Shown one piece after another: positions 1-9,632 of a stretch of DNA of 64,000 nucleotides. This stretch comes from a virus, in IMG/VR virus record IMGVR_UViG_3300009702_000023, positions 9,836 to 73,835 of that record; one strand, written 5' to 3'. The stretch's first letter is position 1. Each line of letters starts with the position of its first letter. The notes beneath the pieces were generated by a model. That model worked only from the letters and a program-made list of their open reading frames with translations, did not search any database and had not been told where the DNA came from. Both the position numbers and the translations under genes were made by a program.

Positions 1-644
1 GCATCTGCAATTCTTTTAACAACATACGGGCTTTTTGGGAGCGTTTGAGCATTATCTAATGCATCTGAAATATCATTTTCTATTTGAACCGCATATTGAT
101 CTTGCATACGTTGAATTTCGGCACTACGAGCTTCTTCTTGCTCTTTTTCTCGCTCATTCTTAAGTTTTTCAATTTCTCTTTGAAGATTTTCTCGTTCCAA
201 TTGTTCGGGGGATTTTTGCATTTCTTCAATTCGGCGTTGAATATGCTGTTCGGCAAGTGCATCAACGTCAAACCCCATTTGGTCTAAAGCTGATCCGGGA
301 TCTTGTTGCAGGGCATGGAAAAATGATTCCATTTCTTTGCGCATTCTTGAGGCTTCTTGCCACTTTTCATCAGCAGAATATCCCATTTGAGCACGTTTAA
401 TAAGCTCATCTTCATCATCAATTTCAATTTCTTTTCCACCAACTTTAAGTTTCCACGCTTTTCTTTCGGGCTCTTCAACTAATTCTTCGGTTTCTTCACC
501 TTCGGCGGGGACTTCTTCACCGGAATCTTCGCCATTTAAACCCAGGCTATTTAGTACTTCATCAGCGGGGTTTACTGGCGTTTCTTGAGCTTGTTCGGTT
601 GATTCAGGGGCGATTTGTGATGTTTCGGCTGCTACATCAGACAT
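1..644 (-). CDS. Capsid scaffolding protein (partial, runs off window start)
   Basis: Not in ORF track. Hand translation MSDVAAETSQ...KLKVGGKEIEIDDEDELIKRAQMGY...; acidic N-terminus plus coiled coil; AGGAG RBS at 651-655; downstream of portal, preceded by late motif. Confidence 0.7.
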   Translation of the reverse strand, partial: MSDVAAETSQIAPESTEQAQETPVNPADEVLNSLGLNGEDSGEEVPAEGEETEELVEEPERKAWKLKVGGKEIEIDDEDELIKRAQMGYSADEKWQEASRMRKEMESFFHALQQDPGSALDQMGFDVDALAEQHIQRRIEEMQKSPEQLERENLQREIEKLKNEREKEQEEARSAEIQRMQDQYAVQIENDISDALDNAQTLPKSPYVVKRIAD

Positions 645-711
645 TTTATTCTCCTTTTCTATCCCATTTAGGGGTAAGTGATAATATATTGAGTTCTTTA
701 ATAAAGATTAC

Positions 712-728
712 TCATAAATATTTGTTAA
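712..728 (-). promoter_or_regulatory. Putative phage late promoter TTAACAAATATTTATGA
   Basis: Identical 17-mer also at 6009, 9540 and 14909, always intergenic and upstream of minus-strand late genes. Confidence 0.7.
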
Positions 729-906
729 ATGGTAAATTTAAGCAAATAATCCTCTCGCTAGAGGAATTTGTTAATAATAAATATAACTAATAATACATTA
801 GTTAATAAACTAAAATATAATACATATTTAGAATATTTTTTTCTACGAATATGTCTTTTTTTATATTTTTTTGGTGCATCTTTATCTAAAAAGTATATTT
901 TAGCCA

Positions 907-1533
907 TTATGTTCTCGTATATAGGTCCATATTAATATAAACTGTTACCGTATTAATTACATTTGTATTAGTATAATTAACTCTCATATATAATCCTGCC
1001 GCAGGTAATTCAACAGCGGAAATATCTTGCATTGAGATTGGGCCACTATTTGTTGTTGATTGCATATATGCTTTACTAACTGGTGTTCCTAAAATATAAT
1101 TTACACCATTTCCTAAAACATTATCAATGTCAATTAATTGAATAGTCACATAATCACCTAAATTTATATCACTAGATAAATATACAATCCCCCTAAATAA
1201 ATAAGAATTGTTTAGTAAATAGTCGTGCGAAGACGTTGTATTTTTAGGTGCAGTAAATGAAAAAGCTTGTATTCCAATATTTAAATTATCTTCAGCTAAA
1301 GTTAGTGCTACTTGCTGTATAACTTGTTTATTATTTGTAATTAAAGATTTGTAATTAGTTTCAAAATCAGTTTGATCAGAATTTGCTGGACTTGTTTTTT
1401 GTATAATAGTAAATGCACTAAAATTACCATCATTCATAACTAAACGATAATATGTTAATTTATCAAAATAATTTATAGTGCTTTTTCTTAAGACTAATTG
1501 ATTTTTAAATTCAGACCAAGTTATATGAATCAT
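907..1533 (-). CDS. Hypothetical virion protein
   Basis: ORF in structural operon; ATGA overlap with upstream gene; beta-rich C-terminus. Confidence 0.5.
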   Translation of the reverse strand: MIHITWSEFKNQLVLRKSTINYFDKLTYYRLVMNDGNFSAFTIIQKTSPANSDQTDFETNYKSLITNNKQVIQQVALTLAEDNLNIGIQAFSFTAPKNTTSSHDYLLNNSYLFRGIVYLSSDINLGDYVTIQLIDIDNVLGNGVNYILGTPVSKAYMQSTTNSGPISMQDISAVELPAAGLYMRVNYTNTNVINTVTVYINMDLYTRT

Positions 1534-1754
1534 TCCCAATCACCACTTGTATAAATTATATTTTGAATTTCAGCCTGGGTATATAGAGAATATCCTAAAA
1601 TTGAAACTTCTAAAGGAATATCATTATATGCAAATTTTAAAATAACCTTTGTTCCATCTAAACTAGTTCGTAAACTAAATGGATTATCTTGTAAAACTTT
1701 ATCTAAAATAGACTGAGTTAAATCTGTTTTTATTAAAATAGTATAATATATCAT
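1530..1754 (-). CDS. Small hypothetical protein coupled to LamG gene
   Basis: ATGA-coupled to LamG gene; LRTSLDGTKVILKF motif. Confidence 0.55.
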   Translation of the reverse strand: MIYYTILIKTDLTQSILDKVLQDNPFSLRTSLDGTKVILKFAYNDIPLEVSILGYSLYTQAEIQNIIYTSGDWE

Positions 1755-3277
1755 GGAACATCTCCATTGATATAATCAGTTATTTCCATATTAATTAATG
1801 TTCCATTTATTGAAGCTTTATTATCTACTTCTGTCGGAAAAGAACTGTTAGTATTTAATTTCCACCAAGATAATAAATTGGCAGATGCACTATGAGAATT
1901 TAAATCTGCTGGACTACCGGAATTATATAATTCACTAACTTCGGCGGCACTTAATTCTTTATTCCAAACACTAATTTGGTTCATATTTCCTGAAAAATGA
2001 AAACCTGTACCTCTAGCTGCAATTGTTAATGGGTCAGTTACTGTCCAGGCATTTAAAGACTGACTAGATGGGGCCGATTCAACTGCGCCATTTATGTACG
2101 CTTTAAGCCCATTCATATTTGACCCGCCAGCATAAGTAAAACAGATATGATACCAAGTTCCGGCAGTCATAACGGTGGGGTAGGTATGTGCTCTTAATGT
2201 TCCTGAAGCTCTAACTTGAGCATATAATTTACCGGCAGAAGTATGCTGAAAACTATAACCATAAACATTAGCGTCTTGTGCCGTTTTTGCTATAAAACAT
2301 CTTTGAGATGCAAAATTGTTTGCTTTAAACCAAAAAGACCAACTAAAGGCTGTGGCCGGGCCAAAAGTATAATTATCCCCAACATTAATATATTCATCTA
2401 CCCCATCAAATAATAAACTAGCTGGATTTGAAAGAACTGGCGTTGGAAAAAGACTTTCTCTATCATCCCAAATTTGATCATATTGGCCATTATTAGCATA
2501 TTCCGTAGTGACTGTATTACTCTGGGTTAATTGTCTTTGAATTTGCCAACTAGCATTACTTGTTAGTGCTGCGGTATTAAATGATTTTCCTATATATGTT
2601 ATTTGTGAATTTTTTACTTCAGAAATTATTTTTGCAATTGATTCGTCATTAATATGCTCAATACCTTCTATAATAGATAATTGAGATTGAACTCTACCAT
2701 TCACACTCCCATCAGCAGTACCGGCAGTACTAGTTCGAAATCTAATAGATTTTAATCCAATAATAGAACCAATTACATCTTGGGTTGTAGAAACTGAACT
2801 TGTAAATATTGAACTTTCAAGTGATCTAAATAAAATAGAAAACCAATTGGTTCCATCAAATGTCCCTTCAAAAGTTATAATACCACCAGTTGGCGGAACA
2901 ACACGACATCCTATATGACTATAGCCAATAGTATTTATATATGTATAACTTGAATTTAAAGTTTGACTAAGTGTACTTGAAAAATCCTCATACTTTTGTG
3001 TATTTGTAATAGTGTCTTGTAAATAAGATAAATCTCTAATATCTAAATTCGGAGTAATAATATTTACATCTAAACCATGATCGGCACCAACAGTTGTTCC
3101 GGTAAATAAAGTTGTCCCATCACCAATTGCAATAGTGTCCGCTGTTTGATCTAATATAACTTCAACCTGGCCTATTTGGGCTGATATCTGAGCATCAACT
3201 CTTATTCTATTTCCCGCAGGATCATAAATACTACGCAGTACTTGCTGACCATCAATTGTTTTTAAATTATTTGCCAT
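1751..3277 (-). CDS. Virion protein with C-terminal LamG/concanavalin A-like domain
   Basis: SLLFDGVDEYI...FSWSFWFK...WYHICFTY...FSGNMNQISVWNKELSAAEV is a typical LamG pattern. Confidence 0.8.
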   Translation of the reverse strand: MANNLKTIDGQQVLRSIYDPAGNRIRVDAQISAQIGQVEVILDQTADTIAIGDGTTLFTGTTVGADHGLDVNIITPNLDIRDLSYLQDTITNTQKYEDFSSTLSQTLNSSYTYINTIGYSHIGCRVVPPTGGIITFEGTFDGTNWFSILFRSLESSIFTSSVSTTQDVIGSIIGLKSIRFRTSTAGTADGSVNGRVQSQLSIIEGIEHINDESIAKIISEVKNSQITYIGKSFNTAALTSNASWQIQRQLTQSNTVTTEYANNGQYDQIWDDRESLFPTPVLSNPASLLFDGVDEYINVGDNYTFGPATAFSWSFWFKANNFASQRCFIAKTAQDANVYGYSFQHTSAGKLYAQVRASGTLRAHTYPTVMTAGTWYHICFTYAGGSNMNGLKAYINGAVESAPSSQSLNAWTVTDPLTIAARGTGFHFSGNMNQISVWNKELSAAEVSELYNSGSPADLNSHSASANLLSWWKLNTNSSFPTEVDNKASINGTLINMEITDYINGDVP

Positions 3278-3395
3278 ACTTCTTCAACTTATCTTTGAGT
3301 TTTTTAAATTTAATTGTTTTTCGTTTATTTGATTTAGGATATTGTTCTTTAAAATTTGGTTTTAATGAAGTAAAGGTATTAGCACTATTTGCCAT
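3267..3395 (-). CDS. 42-aa basic peptide, putative internal head protein
   Basis: Hand translation MANSANTFTSLKPNFKEQYPKSNKRKTIKFKKLKDKLKKYGK; fills the gap in the operon. Confidence 0.6.
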   Translation of the reverse strand: MANSANTFTSLKPNFKEQYPKSNKRKTIKFKKLKDKLKKYGK

Positions 3396-3400
3396 TTGTA

Positions 3401-3931
3401 TTATTCCCCAAATAATTTCTTTTTAAACCTATTGTATTTTTTTACATAATCTGAGTTTTGATAATCTCGTTGTTCAACTTCTTTTGGTTCCAAATTATGC
3501 CCATATTTCCAACTATAAGCAGCCTCTTGTTCATTCGGAAATTCAGTTAAAACTTTATCGGCTAATCTTTGCGCAAACTCGCCTTCAACTTGAGGATTTG
3601 CCTCGATTTGTTGCTTCATTTTATCAGCAGGAAGTTGACTAATATCAAATGCTTTATTAGATAATGGATAACCCGAATTAGCTGCGCTATGTTCAATTTC
3701 TCTAATAGTATTCGGCATTAAACCATATTGTCCCGCAGCAGTTGTTCCGGATTGTATTCCTTGGGTAATTGGCCTATGGTTAAAATTTGTTCCGCCGGAT
3801 GATTCAATTTGACTAATGATTTTTAAAAAATTATCAACAGCTTTTTGACTTTCATAATCTTCTTTTTCTCTACGTTGTTGATCCATTCGTTGAGCTAAAG
3901 CTAATGCTTTTTTTAAATCATTATTAGGCAT
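3401..3931 (-). CDS. Lysozyme-like/lytic transglycosylase, probably virion-associated
   Basis: IESSGG catalytic-Glu motif and TAAGQYGLM motif. Confidence 0.7.
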   Translation of the reverse strand: MPNNDLKKALALAQRMDQQRREKEDYESQKAVDNFLKIISQIESSGGTNFNHRPITQGIQSGTTAAGQYGLMPNTIREIEHSAANSGYPLSNKAFDISQLPADKMKQQIEANPQVEGEFAQRLADKVLTEFPNEQEAAYSWKYGHNLEPKEVEQRDYQNSDYVKKYNRFKKKLFGE

Positions 3932-3934
3932 ACT

Positions 3935-6001
3935 TTATCCTTCGGTTGGCACTTCAGCCGGATTAGTTGGTAGATTTTGAAATGGTGCTGGCGGTTTAGC
4001 CGGTTCTGGTAAATTAGCTGGAGCTACATTCGGTGTAGGGGGCATTGCTGTCGGAGCTTGCGGCGGTCCCGATGGCATTTGACTTTGGTTAGGTTGCATT
4101 TGTGGCACATTTCCCGGAGCAACTGGTGAGCCGCCTTGTGGCCCTAATGGTTTTTCTCCCATCATTGCTAATATATCTGGATCAGTTGTGCGCAGCAAAT
4201 CAATGTGTTGTTGAATATGATTAGCAACTCGTTGGACCAAATCGGGGTCTTTCTTTAAATCTGCATCAGATAAAATATATTTATGTTCTTTAATATGCAA
4301 TGAATGTTGTTCAGTAAATACTGCGGGAATATCTTCACCTTCAATTAATTTTTCATTTTCAGATTTAATTAAAAGCAATTCAGATTGTGGGTTTTCTGTT
4401 AAGAAATCTAATTCCCCGGTGTTAATTACATTGAAATATTGTTCGGGTTCTGTTATTACGCCCATTTGAATCATATCTTTGGCCATTTCAACTCGGCCCG
4501 CTGTTGTCCTCGCGAGAGCATTCCCCATATCAACAATAACTCTATTAATTTTATTTAAATCTTCGCCAGTAAATTCTTTCATTAATGTTCTATGTTTTTT
4601 ACCACTAATCATTGCAATTCTGGGGACAGATGCAAATTTTTGCAGCATTTTTATCAGCCCGGTTCCAACATCTTCAATTAATTCAACATAAGATTGCTGT
4701 AAACCTGACATATATTGAATTGACATACTTTGTACTAATGCCAAAGCTGTTCCAGTTTTTAAACTTGACTCCGGATTGCCACGAGAAACAGAACTAATAC
4801 CAGAGATAGTTTCCATTACTCGTTCTAACATTCCTAAATATTCAAAAACTTCTCTAGGAGTTGCTGTTAAATTTAATGCTTCTGGTTTTCCCATTTGAGC
4901 ATTATACTCAATTAAATTTAGACCACCGACTAAGGTAGACGGGTTAATATCAGTTCCGCGTGGCATTAAAATATTTTGAACACCGAAGGCATTTTGGTTA
5001 CTTAAAATTGTGCTATACAATGAATTAACTGCATCTTGAATTGGGAGTAAATCAAGCATAGGAGTATAACCATAAGGTGTGCCTAAAATATTTGATGGGG
5101 CAATACGATAAATTGGAAGCTCATCATACGGCATTACTGTGTCCATTAAAATAATATCTTTAGCTAGAAATAAAAGATATCGTCCATCGGGCATAGATTC
5201 AGTTGATCTATGAAATAATTCATATACCGGAATATCGTCAGTTTCGACATAACCTAAACTATTAAATCTAAAACGATAGTATTCTTCCTTGGTATCCATT
5301 TTGATAATTTCATCTTCAAGTTCAGGATATTTTGCTGCTAGATCAAATTTATTTTTAAATGAACGGGTAACAATCCAATCATGAGTATCAGTATCTTCTT
5401 TTGTACTATCAACAACAACATCAAATGGTGAAAGATTTGAGAAAACAACATCGCCTTCAAAAATTGGATATCCTTCTTCTACTACATTACCTTGTGCGTC
5501 ATGTTCGGGCTCAATTGTATCATACAATGGTCCCGCCATGGCATTCCATTCCATTTTAATATAACCAGCACCCAAAACGACAGCATATTCTACCGCAGTT
5601 TGAAGATATTTTTCCAGCTTTTTCTCTCGCATATAATAATCGAGTAATCCATTAGCGAGAATTGTTTGGGATTGTGATTTGTAATCAGTATTAACTGCTC
5701 TAGCCTCAAATGTTGGTCGCGTTGCTGTAACCATAACCAACATATGTTGTGCTATATTACGAAAATGATTAATCGGCAAATTGGCCAGTTCGCCTTGCTC
5801 ACCACCAAATGTAATTTTATGCCCATCATTAAATCCGGCATAATATATTCCGTGATATGCTGCCCACATTTCCCGAAGTTTATCTAAATATCCATTAGAA
5901 TCTAAATTATTAAACCAGTTTCCGGCTTTTTCTAATAATATACCGGCAGTTTCTTCTGGATCTCTATTTGCGAAATATTTGTCACCATGATGATTTGCCA
6001 T
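3935..6001 (-). CDS. Portal protein
   Basis: 688 aa directly after terminase; P22-like portal features; Pro/Gln-rich tail. Confidence 0.85.
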   Translation of the reverse strand: MANHHGDKYFANRDPEETAGILLEKAGNWFNNLDSNGYLDKLREMWAAYHGIYYAGFNDGHKITFGGEQGELANLPINHFRNIAQHMLVMVTATRPTFEARAVNTDYKSQSQTILANGLLDYYMREKKLEKYLQTAVEYAVVLGAGYIKMEWNAMAGPLYDTIEPEHDAQGNVVEEGYPIFEGDVVFSNLSPFDVVVDSTKEDTDTHDWIVTRSFKNKFDLAAKYPELEDEIIKMDTKEEYYRFRFNSLGYVETDDIPVYELFHRSTESMPDGRYLLFLAKDIILMDTVMPYDELPIYRIAPSNILGTPYGYTPMLDLLPIQDAVNSLYSTILSNQNAFGVQNILMPRGTDINPSTLVGGLNLIEYNAQMGKPEALNLTATPREVFEYLGMLERVMETISGISSVSRGNPESSLKTGTALALVQSMSIQYMSGLQQSYVELIEDVGTGLIKMLQKFASVPRIAMISGKKHRTLMKEFTGEDLNKINRVIVDMGNALARTTAGRVEMAKDMIQMGVITEPEQYFNVINTGELDFLTENPQSELLLIKSENEKLIEGEDIPAVFTEQHSLHIKEHKYILSDADLKKDPDLVQRVANHIQQHIDLLRTTDPDILAMMGEKPLGPQGGSPVAPGNVPQMQPNQSQMPSGPPQAPTAMPPTPNVAPANLPEPAKPPAPFQNLPTNPAEVPTEG

Positions 6002-6008
6002 TTACACC

Positions 6009-6025
6009 TCATAAATATTTGTTAA
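6009..6025 (-). promoter_or_regulatory. Putative late promoter for portal
   Basis: TTAACAAATATTTATGA running into the GAGG RBS and then ATG. Confidence 0.7.
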
Positions 6026-6034
6026 TTCAAACAT

Positions 6035-8668
6035 TTAATGCTTTTTTAAACTTGATCGGGGTTTAAATATATTAATAAATGCCTCATATTCTTTATTTTT
6101 CTCGGCATTAGTTTTAATAAATAAATCTTTATTTTCGCCTAAACCATATCCAGGGGGGTATGGATTTTTAGATTCTTGAACATTTCGTATAAAATATGTA
6201 ATTGCATCGCAATTATGAACGGCAATATCATTAACGGTATAACTATTGTCTTCTTCAACTTCCAGATTATATACTTTTCCCGTATATAAACTCTCACTTT
6301 TTGTTAATTTTTTAAAATTCGATGGGTAATTATACTTATTTTTCGAAATTATATCATGTATTAACTTATCTTCAAATATATAAGCTAAATCTTCATTTTT
6401 ATTAATGTTTGTTATTAGATCTATGGCTTGTTGCTTATCTAAGTGCCAAATATATTGATCTTTTGCCGAAGGAGAAGATTTCCATCTTCCTTCCCGCTTT
6501 TGAAATGTAATATTACCCACTAATCCTAATTTTCTAGATAATATATCAACCCCATGTATAATTTCTTTACTAATGCTATTACCGATTATTCCGGTTTTAG
6601 AAAAATAACCATCGCCAAATAAATAACCAAGTAACATATACATAGATTGTTCTTTATTCAAATCATATATAAATGGGGGAAAATGTTTTTGGGTACTAGT
6701 GCCTAATTTTTTCAACTCTGATCTAAGTTCGGATTGTGTAACACATATAATTCTACCATTATCACTGTCTTTTTTATAATATCGGGCCTTCGTGCTTCGA
6801 GGTTTACACTCTCCATTTTTATGTCGGTTAATAGATCGCCTAGATACGCCACGTTTACCTTTTCCATATGTATTATGTACTGCCTTTTCTAATATACCTA
6901 AAACATTTTTTTCTCTTTTATGACCGGCAAAAGATATTTGGTGCCCATTCCCACCAACAGATCCTTCGGCAACATAATATCCGTATAAAAAACATAATTC
7001 TTTTGTAATATTAATATTTCCTTCTTCAATAAAAGGAATATAAGCTTTATGATTTTCAAAATTTAATTCAGCAGCGGGACTCCAGTTAGTGCCAGTAATT
7101 ATTTTTTGACCAGTAAAACCTTCTTTTCTATTTTTTTCAACATTGCCAACATATAACCGATGATTAGGTGTACATTGCATCAACTCTCTTCCCGGAACTT
7201 TTATGTCACAAATTTCCCCAGAATAATCTCTATTCATAGTATTTGTAACTTTTTTAAATCTACCTTGGTGAGTTAATACTTGATCTCCGATAACAATATC
7301 TTCTATTTTTTTATACCCAGCATTGGTTAAAACTTTTTGGCCAGGCAAAAAACAGGCATCGTAATGTCCTGAAGGAATAAAAATTGTATTATTTTCTTCA
7401 TCATATAAAGTTACAGCGGGAGATTTAACATATTTCTTTCGATTTTTATCCCATGTAGCATTTTTTAAATGATGTATTAAAACTTTGCATCTGGGGTGTA
7501 TTATAATTTTTTCTGATGCAATCCTCATCCTGAGATTGTTTAATGCAGCGTCTTTATTATCTTTTGCTGTAGGAATAAATAATAAATTATGTTTATAATT
7601 TAAATCATTCAATAAAATTAAGTTATTATTATCAGATACTCTTAAATATGGCTCTTTATATTCTCCCGATGCCGGGTTAGAATATACTTTCTGTTCTTTT
7701 TTCTTAATTTCCTTAGCTAATACATCTGTACGTAATGCTTGACCTTTAATATAAAATTCATCCTCAATAACGGTAACGGCATTTTTAAAATCATAATATC
7801 CAAACAAAACCACTGTTAAATCATCAAATCCTATGTCCATTGACACATAGGCGTCATAAAATGGGGGTCTTGGCCAGGCTTTTATACATTTTTCTTGAAT
7901 AGCTGTTGTAAATTCGGGAATTACGGCTTTTTCAGAGTCAATAATAATTTCACAAAGGTATTCTCGGCGGAAATCATCATCTTTTTCTTTTAAAGGGTAA
8001 CGATTAATGATTTTTTGTCTTTTTTCGGGAGTCATCATGGGATTATCAAATAACGTGTACTTAATTAACTCCCCCGTCAACTCGTTTGGTTGAACAAACT
8101 CCGTTATAAATTCATGATCGGGCTTAGGTGATGGTGTAGAAGCTAAAATGCCCCGACCGCCGGTAGTATCCGCCGTTGGAGCAAGGACAGAATTAACAAT
8201 ATCCTTCAATTCATCGCAAAAACCTGCCTCATCGACAATCCATAGATCGGATTTACCTCCGCGAAGTGATTGGTAGTGGCCATTATCTGTTCCTGCTATC
8301 TGAATTTGACTTCCATTAGGAAAAAGGTACATTTTGGCATTAGTTTTATATTCTGGGCGCAATTCCGGGGGGCAATCTTTAAAAATATCTTGCATAATCG
8401 GTTTAATAATCTTTTGCACCATGTCTTGCTTAGGACAAACATATTTAACAATAGAATCTGGTTTTTTGAGACACTGTTCAACAGATAATACACATAATAA
8501 ATAACTTTTGCCCAATCTTCGGGCACAAGTAATAACCGTTATTTCTTTATTGAAATCATTAATAGAGTTATACATGCGTTTTTGAACTTCATGTAATTTC
8601 CAATGAATAACCCCTCGTCGCCAAAGAGTAAATAATGCCTCTTTAGGTGTTGGTTTTTTTATTTCCAT
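6035..8668 (-). CDS. terL: Terminase large subunit, intein-containing
   Basis: ARRLGKS Walker A, LRGG, WIVDEAG Walker B, ASTP, RNase H-like MDIG and HYDA^CDA motifs. Confidence 0.92.
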   Translation of the reverse strand: MEIKKPTPKEALFTLWRRGVIHWKLHEVQKRMYNSINDFNKEITVITCARRLGKSYLLCVLSVEQCLKKPDSIVKYVCPKQDMVQKIIKPIMQDIFKDCPPELRPEYKTNAKMYLFPNGSQIQIAGTDNGHYQSLRGGKSDLWIVDEAGFCDELKDIVNSVLAPTADTTGGRGILASTPSPKPDHEFITEFVQPNELTGELIKYTLFDNPMMTPEKRQKIINRYPLKEKDDDFRREYLCEIIIDSEKAVIPEFTTAIQEKCIKAWPRPPFYDAYVSMDIGFDDLTVVLFGYYDFKNAVTVIEDEFYIKGQALRTDVLAKEIKKKEQKVYSNPASGEYKEPYLRVSDNNNLILLNDLNYKHNLLFIPTAKDNKDAALNNLRMRIASEKIIIHPRCKVLIHHLKNATWDKNRKKYVKSPAVTLYDEENNTIFIPSGHYDACFLPGQKVLTNAGYKKIEDIVIGDQVLTHQGRFKKVTNTMNRDYSGEICDIKVPGRELMQCTPNHRLYVGNVEKNRKEGFTGQKIITGTNWSPAAELNFENHKAYIPFIEEGNINITKELCFLYGYYVAEGSVGGNGHQISFAGHKREKNVLGILEKAVHNTYGKGKRGVSRRSINRHKNGECKPRSTKARYYKKDSDNGRIICVTQSELRSELKKLGTSTQKHFPPFIYDLNKEQSMYMLLGYLFGDGYFSKTGIIGNSISKEIIHGVDILSRKLGLVGNITFQKREGRWKSSPSAKDQYIWHLDKQQAIDLITNINKNEDLAYIFEDKLIHDIISKNKYNYPSNFKKLTKSESLYTGKVYNLEVEEDNSYTVNDIAVHNCDAITYFIRNVQESKNPYPPGYGLGENKDLFIKTNAEKNKEYEAFINIFKPRSSLKKH
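6212..7354 (-). mobile_element. Intein (381 aa) with LAGLIDADG homing endonuclease
   Basis: Starts CFLPGQKV, TPNH block B, LYGYYVAEGS and LLGYLFGDGY motifs, ends VYNLEVEEDNSY...VHN followed by Cys+1. Confidence 0.93.
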
Positions 8669-9107
8669 TAGCAGATCCCGCAATTTGAATTAATTCGGTT
8701 TCACTTAGATTTTTATATTGAGTATTATCTAGATTAATAGTGCTTTGTTCTCTTGATAATCGTTTATTTTTAACTAAAAGATCATATTGGCGGGTTTCTT
8801 CTAAAGTCAATTTACGATTTCGAGCATCTTGTCGGAGTTTTTCTAATTGCAATTCTGCAATTTCTTCTTCGGGGGCAATCTCAATACTAATTATTTTTTG
8901 TTCTTTTTTATTTTCAATTAGAACTGGGACATTTTGTTCGACAAGAGATTTTAAATGAACGATTTCTTCATCTTTTTTTCTTGCATTACGAATTAATTTA
9001 TCAATTGTCTTAAAAGCTGCCTTATTTTCTCGTTTTAAACGGGCCAATTCAGTTTGTAACTCAGCAACTTCCTTCAACTCTGTTATATTTTTAACATTTT
9101 TATTCAT
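8643..9107 (-). CDS. Coiled-coil protein, possible terminase small subunit
   Basis: Directly upstream of and overlapping terL; positional evidence only. Confidence 0.4.
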   Translation of the reverse strand: MNKNVKNITELKEVAELQTELARLKRENKAAFKTIDKLIRNARKKDEEIVHLKSLVEQNVPVLIENKKEQKIISIEIAPEEEIAELQLEKLRQDARNRKLTLEETRQYDLLVKNKRLSREQSTINLDNTQYKNLSETELIQIAGSANGNKKTNT

Positions 9108-9114
9108 TTTTTAA

Positions 9115-9414
9115 TTACCATTTTAAAGTTCGGGGTTTTATATTATTTTCCATTTGCGTATCCCGAATTCTTTTTTGAATTTCATTAATTTGCGCTTGCA
9201 CTTCAGCATTAATTTGAATTGGTTCGGGCTTTTTGGATTTTAAATAAAGAGTATATCCATAGAGAGCCGAAGCTGCAATAAAAATAAAAGCATCAGCTAA
9301 GACTGCCCCGCGATAAATTGCGTGAAATGTATAAGAGAGAAGAATGAAAAGCGCAAAATTCATGCCAAATACGGCATTTTTAAACAAAATAGATAAATTT
9401 TTCAATTTTTCCAC
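9115..9414 (-). CDS. Two-TM membrane protein (holin-like candidate)
   Basis: Two hydrophobic helices and a charged C-terminus; first gene after late motif. Confidence 0.4.
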   Translation of the reverse strand: MEKLKNLSILFKNAVFGMNFALFILLSYTFHAIYRGAVLADAFIFIAASALYGYTLYLKSKKPEPIQINAEVQAQINEIQKRIRDTQMENNIKPRTLKW

Positions 9415-9539
9415 ACGACAATCCTTTTTTTGGGTATGTTATATTAAGTTAATATATGCATCGCAGCGTGATAGCTGGTTTATTCTTACTTCCCCGTTGG
9501 GCCAAGCCCGTTGCTGTGGAGGCAAAATAATAACTCTAT

Positions 9540-9556
9540 TCATAAATATTTGTTAA
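9540..9556 (-). promoter_or_regulatory. Putative late promoter for terminase operon
   Basis: TTAACAAATATTTATGA. Confidence 0.7.
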
Positions 9557-9580
9557 AAGGTAATTTTGGGCAAAAAAAGC

Positions 9581-9609
9581 TTGACAAATAAAATAATATG
9601 TATTATATT
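9581..9609 (+). promoter_or_regulatory. Sigma70-type promoter
   Basis: TTGACA-N17-TATATT with upstream A-tract. Confidence 0.65.
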
Positions 9610-9632
9610 AATTACAACACATAAGGAGCAAA

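Noticed and set aside
80-790. Short track ORFs at the window start
   Set aside because: Shadows of the partial scaffold gene on the minus strand.
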